From Chrysomallon squamiferum (Eukaryota; Animalia; Mollusca), in assembly GCA_012295275.1 (NCBI GenBank), contig CM022665.1:30628001-30692000 (forward strand): DNA of 64,000 nucleotides, given 5' to 3'. The notes under the pieces are model-generated. The model was not told where the DNA came from. It saw only the letters and a list, made by a program, of their open reading frames with translations, and made no database searches. The position numbers were made by a program, and so were the translations under genes. Each line of letters opens with the position of its first letter. Position 1 is the first letter of the stretch. This document shows, piece after piece, positions 57,701 through 64,000 of this stretch.

Positions 57701-59949
57701 TCTGTTTCAGTAATCATGTCATTTTAGAAGTGAGCAAAATGAAACAAAATTTAAACATCTGAAATAAAAACAATGTATAAAGAACAATGAACTTACGACT
57801 GTGATAGGGTACTGTGGATTCAGGATTGTGAACAAAAGAATATGATTTGCAGGTCTTGTATCTTCAGGATCTCTGGTAAAAAAAAAAAAAAATGAAAGTT
57901 TAAAAATAATAATTTGAACATTTCAGTAAAGTATCAAATGCAGGAAAATTTATTTAAACAAAATTACACATCAGTGTTATTTATCATCTGCAGTTTTTTT
58001 TCTCTTTTTTTTTAAAAATTATTGTTCATGCATTGTACTTGTTGATCTGCATATTATTTTTATTTTGAAAATAATACTTTATCAGGTTATGAAAACTGAA
58101 AAATCATTTGCTGACAAAAAAAACACACACTAAATTGCCCAGTGTTAAACAACAAATTCTTGTATGCATTACAAGTTATTTTGTTTGTGTTTTTTTTTTT
58201 TTTAAGCTGAAATAAAAAAGTTATACCCGGGTCTCTGTATCTTTTGACTTGTAGAATAATTAAAAAATGCTGGCTGGCCTGCAACATATATTGAATCGGT
58301 CTGTGAAAGAAAAAAATGAAAAAAATGAAAAGAGTAAAATAAATGAATGCATCATAAAGTGTTTAATTATACTTAAAAGGTAAATGGTATTTGAAATCAA
58401 AAACACTATCATGTCTGTACTACAACACTGAAGAAAACATGAAAACCACAGGTGATTTATTTTAATTTTAAAAAAGCATTTCTGTATTTCATTTTACAGT
58501 ACAAGTAAAAATGATAAATCCACAATAAAAATTAATATATTCTTTACTGTGTTAAAAAACAGCACAAGTTATTATTCTGAATTTATGGGATGGGGGATTT
58601 TTAATTACTTTAAGAAACTCTCAATGTTACTGAAACAAAATATGATTTTCAAAGAAATCAGTAAAAACTTACCTGGCAGTAATTCACACAATTCCTTGCA
58701 CCACTAATATCCTGTTAATAAAAATATTGTTACAAAATATTTTAAAAATCATAAAGCCTGAAATTTCATTTAACAAAAATATAATTTACTGTCACAATAT
58801 AACAAAAATTATTTAATTATTTAACAAACAATTAAGCAGTTGAAAAGGCACCATTATTTTAAACTACCAGTCCAATAGTCACTTTCACCAAAATTTCTGT
58901 ACATTTTTCAAAATTATAACTTTACCTCAAATTCAATAAGTGCTTGGCGTTTTCTGGGCATCATGATGACATCTCTGCAATAAAGAAAAGTCACATTTTG
59001 TGGACTTAATTCCAGACAAATATTACACAAAGGAAGCCAATGCTTTAAATTTAAAATGTTCAATACCAGACTAAGTTTTGAAATCACACTTGTATATGTA
59101 AAAATATCTAACAGGCTTCTCCTTTTAAACTATTACTATCTCAAACAAAATTCAAAACAGTTACCTCACAGTCCCAAAATTTTGGACAGCCTCCACAAGA
59201 TCCCTTTCAATTGCATGTTCAGACAGACTCCGTACATGGATTACTGGTGAAGGTGAAGGTTTGTGTGGGTCATCAAATTTATCCTGCTTAAAAACAGAAT
59301 TAGATATTTATGCATACAATTTCATGGCTACACAAATGGATCACATAAACAATCCACTAAGCACAAAATAACTTTTTAAGTATCTTCTTGAAAAAATTCA
59401 TCCAAAATATTTTCGTTTCGTTAATATATTCTGATCATTTTTTGGGGTAAATTAAACTATATATGATATAATAATATTAGTTGCCTTTAAAATTACGTTT
59501 AAATTTTAACGGTAAATCAGTGAACGTTTTTTTACATTAATGTGATTATTCATTTAAATTTTAACAGCCGATGGTGTGTTTTTTGGGGGGTGTTTTATAC
59601 GTTTCTTACACACTGAAGAAAACAACGAATTTTAGGTTTCAATATATATAAATATATGAATTAAGTTTCGAATGAAGGGTAACATTTAGATTATCCACGT
59701 GCATTAGAATTTAGACTGGCCTTTTTAAAAATTACAAAATCAGCAACCGGTCTATATTACTTGTATTGGGAAAACAAATTGAAAGAAAATAACTGCAATA
59801 ACACATATTTAATTTGCACATTACAGATACAAATAGTCTCTGCATGTAGAAGAATGCAGTTCAATAACTATTAGTATTACCCTTGTTCCTATTCCGTGCA
59901 TTCCGTCGTCAGTTCTTTGTCTCTTGGAAAGATGACCGTCATACGCCAT
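48210..59949 (-). CDS. HNRNPL: Heterogeneous nuclear ribonucleoprotein L (hnRNP L/LL pro-orthologue, smooth-like; four RRMs)
   Basis: Exons 59949-59881, 59283-59165, 58974-58926, 58711-58673, 58300-58227, 57872-57797, 57647-57562, 57116-57020, 56682-56619, 52896-52822, 51933-51791, 51586-51545, 51156-50995, 50737-50616, 50263-50133, 49779-49706, 48810-48753, 48643-48548, 48268-48210 join in frame. Motifs SPVIHVRSL, AFFNYSTSQKIQRP, NHILLFTILNPQYPITVDV, LNGADIYSGCCTLKIEYAKPTRLNV, KNRIQAPGKVLHYFNAPP and NPYILKLCFS. Confidence 0.93.
48982..49658 (-). mobile_element. Non-autonomous Tigger/pogo-like element, copy B (same family as copy A, opposite orientation), in an hnRNP L intron
   Basis: 22-bp TIRs CAGTGGTACCTTGACTTACAAG / CTTGTAAGTCAAGGTACCATTG (1 mismatch). 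TA target duplication on both sides. Same truncated HTH fragment as copy A. Confidence 0.92.
49780..50132 (-). other. U12-type AT-AC intron in hnRNP L
   Basis: 5' end ATATCCTTT, branch TTATCCTTAAT and 3' end GTCCAC. Removal restores the conserved KN-R-IQAP frame. Confidence 0.92.
54120..54362. repeat. Compound (TA)/(CA) microsatellite, read as UG/UA-rich in the hnRNP L pre-mRNA
   Basis: Directly visible; accounts for the spurious ORFs 54036-54368 and 54084-54299. Confidence 0.9.
54880..54947 (-). other. Candidate 68-nt frameshifting (poison) cassette exon of hnRNP L
   Basis: Minus strand reads (T)n..TTAAT..TTGTGCAG|GGTCAGACG...TCTGCATG|GTATTG. It is a GC-rich island in an AT-rich intron, and its length is not a multiple of 3 between two phase-1 junctions. 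Confidence 0.65.
55020..55350 (-). promoter_or_regulatory. ACA-rich intronic cluster, putative hnRNP L binding platform upstream of the candidate poison exon
   Basis: About 30 ACA triplets on the transcript strand in ~330 nt by hand count, against about 3 on the opposite strand. Confidence 0.6.
57117..57561 (-). other. U12-type GT-AG intron in hnRNP L
   Basis: 5' end GTATCCTTG. Branch TTATCCTTAA lies ~10 nt before the AG with no polypyrimidine tract. The intron splits AMVE/FD in RRM2. Confidence 0.9.
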
Positions 59950-60096
59950 TTTCTTTCTATGCACAATAGAGGGCGCATACTCGGTATATTCCGGTTAACG
60001 ATTAACGAATTCAGCCGAATATGAAAAACAAAGAAGTACGAAAAAGAACATTAGGGCCAGTCTGAACATCTCTAATCACAAAGAGAAAAGTTTATT

Positions 60097-60188
60097 GAAT
60101 GAATGAATGAATGAATGTTTAACAACACCCCAGCAAAAAATAAAAATAAAAAAAAAATAAAAATATATCGGCCATTGGGTGTCAAACA
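60097..60188. repeat. Short (GAAT)n-headed interspersed repeat remnant
   Basis: (GAAT)n followed by GTTTAACAACACCC ... GGGTGTCAAAC, an imperfect inverted pair around an A-rich spacer. Confidence 0.5.
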
Positions 60189-60481
60189 AAGTTAGATATA
60201 CCAAATTGGTGAATATTTTCTATATAAAAATTCAAAATTAAAGAAAAGTTTAAGACGACATATAGTAATTTAACTTAATGTCTAGTACTTTATCTCTGTG
60301 AAAGATGTAAATAGTATTTTACTGGACGAAAATATGCACCTATTACAGGATTTGAAATTACTGTTACTTCTTTAATATTCAACATAATTACTGGACCTTA
60401 GTGTCATTTTAAAGGGGTTTTCAAGCTCTTACCAACTATCTTATTTGTTTTTGGATTTCTGTGTTCTTGTCCACATACCTA

Positions 60482-60529
<48 letters not shown>

Positions 60530-61067
60530 TGGATTTCGCTGTAATTCGGCATTCTCACTTTCCCAAGATAAAGCTAATATCTTAATAACCCATTATTCTC
60601 TGCTTAAGCGTAACTATATATGACGTCGTGACTGTATGCTCAAATAATTTGCAACAGATATATTATTGTCTTATTAATATTGGCTAATTTTTATGATGTA
60701 ATAACCAAATATTTATATTTTTAATTTGTATCACTAAAGTGCCCTTTTATTTTACAAGCGCAGTGATTTGATGCTAGTGACACTAGTAGTAGTACTAGTA
60801 GTGTTTATTATGGAAGCCCACTGATGTCAAGTATCATAAATATGTGTTTTGTTCACAGCCACCAGAAATATAAACATATCTATATTTATTACTGACCTCA
60901 TATGAATTCCCATTATGAATTAAAACGTCTAGTGGGTAATGTAACTTTGTATGAGGCTGAAAATAAAATAATCGGTTTAATTCGTTTTATTCCTCTGTTA
61001 GCCTTCGGTCAAAATTTATAAATACTGTTCGAAAAGAAGCCAAATTAAAAATACCTTGAATTTAGTT

Positions 61068-62506
61068 ATGGTTACTATCATTCAAGAGAAAGTCGGTAAA
61101 AAACAAGGTGTCCAAGAAGGTATGACATTACATACAATTATTAATAATATGTTTCTATTGACTGAAATACATTTCACCTAAATACCGATATCAGGGGCCA
61201 TATTACTATTAGATATTATTACGGTTCTCTGAAATTTTATTTACTTTCCTACGAAGCTCAGTGTAATTTGAATGTATTTTTTTATGTGAACCATATGTGT
61301 ATGTTTTAATTGTATACGAAATTTAGTAATCTTTAAAATGACACATGTAAACACATTTTAAAATGCCTTGTTCATTCCATCATTATATGGCCCTGTTACA
61401 GTAGCGTGAGTAGGCCTATTTAATCATTAATTCCTTGTCAAAAACTATCAATTGTGTTGCGAATATTTACATTAGATACAGTAATGGACAACAGCTTTAT
61501 TTTATACATATACCTAACATGAGTTAATTAAAGAATTTATTATTGTTATCATTATTTTTATATGTACATCCCCCAGTGTGTAGGTGTGGCCCAGTATCAG
61601 TATGTGTATGAAATACGTAAATAAACACATGCAGTTCCTGATGTTTCAGCTTGTGTTTTACAGACATCTCTCTAACAATAGATTTACAGTTTTCTTTGTA
61701 GTTATTAATATTTGTCTAATACAATAAATATTACTGTATTTACTAAAAATATTTTTTAAATCAGGTATTTTATATAACTTAATTATCTATTGTTAAAACT
61801 TATCCTTTCATATATAAATGTGTGTGCAAGTGTGGTTGTTTGTATGTTTTTACATTGTGTAATAAATATATTTTTAGAATTAATAATGTTTTTTTTATTA
61901 TTATCTTTTAATTAATTAATTTATTTAGATTTATTTTTAAAAACGAGAACAATGCTATTGCAAAAAGTATGGACTATGGTGGAACAATAACTGATATTAT
62001 GATACCAGGAAAAAGTGAAAATGTTGTTGAAACATGCCTCAATCTGACAGTCTTCAAGGTCATTATTATTTCATTTATTTATTTTTAAGTTTTGCATTTG
62101 GCACAATTAGTTAATTAATTAAAAAGTGAGTTTATTGGGTTTTTAAAAAAATTTGTTCAATTATATTTATGTTGATTTATAAAAAGTTTTACATAATATA
62201 ATGATAATAATTATACAGACAGTCAGAATAATGTTATTTCTTTATTTTTCTGTGGCAAACATTCCTTTTTTCAGATGGTTAATATTAGTGATGTTAATTT
62301 CAGTATACATCTGTCATTATCTGATGTGTTTTTGTAGGCTATGAGGCAAATCCGGGGTATACAGGTGCCATTATAGGTTGTTTTACTGACCCAATTGCAG
62401 ATGGTACATTTACAAAAAACTGGATGGTGTCAAGTACAAGTTACACTGTAATGACTTGAATCATTCTGGACATATGTTGCATGGTGAAAAGAAGGGCTTT
62501 GATAAG
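61068..62506 (+). pseudogene. GALM: Unprocessed, truncated galactose mutarotase (aldose 1-epimerase) pseudogene
   Basis: Exon-like segments ~61068-61119, 61929-62058 (FIFKNENNAIAKSMDYGGTITDIMIP...DSLQG) and 62338-62506 (YEANPGYTGAIIGCFTDPIADGTFT/LDGVKYKL...MLHGEKKGFDK). Frameshifts at ~62045 and ~62415. The conserved GRxANRI motif reads GCFTDPI and LHGG reads LHGE. No later exons recognised in the window. Confidence 0.8.
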
Positions 62507-64000
62507 GTATTCAGAAACTCAGTCTTGAATACAGAATGACCCATTATTTTCCCCATTTGTAATATATATATTTAGACCACACAGTCAGCATGGTGAGACA
62601 GAACAAATTAATTTCAGACTTTCTAGCAGTAGACAGCATGAAGCATCTTTATCTTTAGCAGCACTGATTTGCAATCATATTATTAATATACAAAAACCTG
62701 CTAATCAGTATTAATAACTAACATGACAGAAACAGTTTTAGCTTAGCATGTTGAAGATCAGAAAGAGAGAAGACCTGGTGAAGTAGTTTAAATAAAATAA
62801 CATTAGGATGCAGTTGAAGTATCTACTAATTTAAGTCATAAAGTCAGAACATTGATCTAACACTGTGGGTGGGGTTCTGTACTCCTCAGTGTGTCCATTT
62901 TTCCATTGCTTTTATACGTTTCTACAGGAAATTAAAGTAAGCTGATAAAATTCATTCTTTTCTGTTAAATCAGGTACTGATGAAATGTCAGGTTACCTCT
63001 CCCTTATTACCAAAGCACAAAAACAAACAACAAAAACACCCATATATTTCACACATAATTATTATTCAATAAAAAATACATGAACGAGATATTAAGTATT
63101 AATTAATTATTCACACCCAATTAATACACCCACACCCACACAGTGTTTTGGTTCTGGTATATTGTTGAGTATTCATTCATTCATTAATTATATAGACATT
63201 AATTAGACATTTATATATTTTGATTTTAAATATTTTATTTACTGATAAATAAAATATCTGAATATCTTTACTATTTCCCCTTAAGAATATTTTCCATTCC
63301 AGCTGTTGTTCCCTCATGGGTTTGTTCAAATTTTGGTATGTGCTGATAAAAAAGTAAGATAATATTTTTCTCATAATGTAATAATAATAATAAATTATTA
63401 TTATTATTATTATTTATTTATTTATATATTTATTTATAAATACATTTTTTTTTTTAAATTTAAATTTTTTAAATTTATTTTTTATTAACCTCTTTTCAAC
63501 AAAATGTACCTGTAGGCATTTTTGTTTACCATTTAGCTGATGTCTTTCTCCACTGGGGTTTTTCCCTTCCTCATCTGCGGATTATAAAGCAGAAAGTATT
63601 AGTCTGATGACTAGATTAAAATGCATAATACTCTCCAACCCAAATGCCGGCAACCTAAAGGAAAAAAAAAAACCCAACAAACTTTCCTTGTTTGCGTACT
63701 GAACACTGCTTCATCTGTGTATTCCTGTCTTTATCTTCCTCTTGTCATCCTGTGAAAACAAACTGAAGAATAGTCAGTATTTCATTTTACAAACTTTAAA
63801 ATAAATACAAAAATAATTCCATCATTACTAGTATTACTCATTACTATCTTCATTATTAATCTTATTATTCTCTTTGATGATGATGTTGTTGTTGTTGTTA
63901 CTGTCATTATTATCATTATTGTTAATTGTATTGTTATTATTTATGTATTTATTATTATTATTAATATATATATAATTTTAATTAATCTCTTTTCATCAAA

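Noticed and set aside
63510-63750. Exon-like minus-strand segments near the window end
   Set aside because: Splice-like signals are present, but stops occur in the plausible frames and I recognise no product; cannot be supported without downstream sequence.

Overview
This is an AT-rich, intron-dense animal genomic window, probably from an invertebrate such as a mollusc (inferred from gene content and microsatellite style). The ORF track is mostly noise, so I built gene models by hand from splice sites and reading phase. In order: (1) the 3' end of a large FN3-repeat/carbohydrate-binding-module protein gene (+); (2) LYPLAL1 (-), with a decayed intron-containing MULE transposase in intron 1; (3) TTLL5 (+), head-to-head with LYPLAL1; (4) a long stum/SPEC3-family gene (+); (5) an hnRNP L/LL orthologue (-); (6) a frameshifted GALM pseudogene divergent from hnRNP L. 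Two copies of one Tigger-like element lie in the stum and hnRNP L introns. The most interesting signal is in hnRNP L. It has a candidate 68-nt frameshifting poison exon preceded by a strongly ACA-rich cluster, in the intron equivalent to the one carrying the vertebrate autoregulatory exon 6A. It also has two minor-spliceosome (U12) introns, one GT-AG and one AT-AC. All calls come from reading the sequence; no searches were run.
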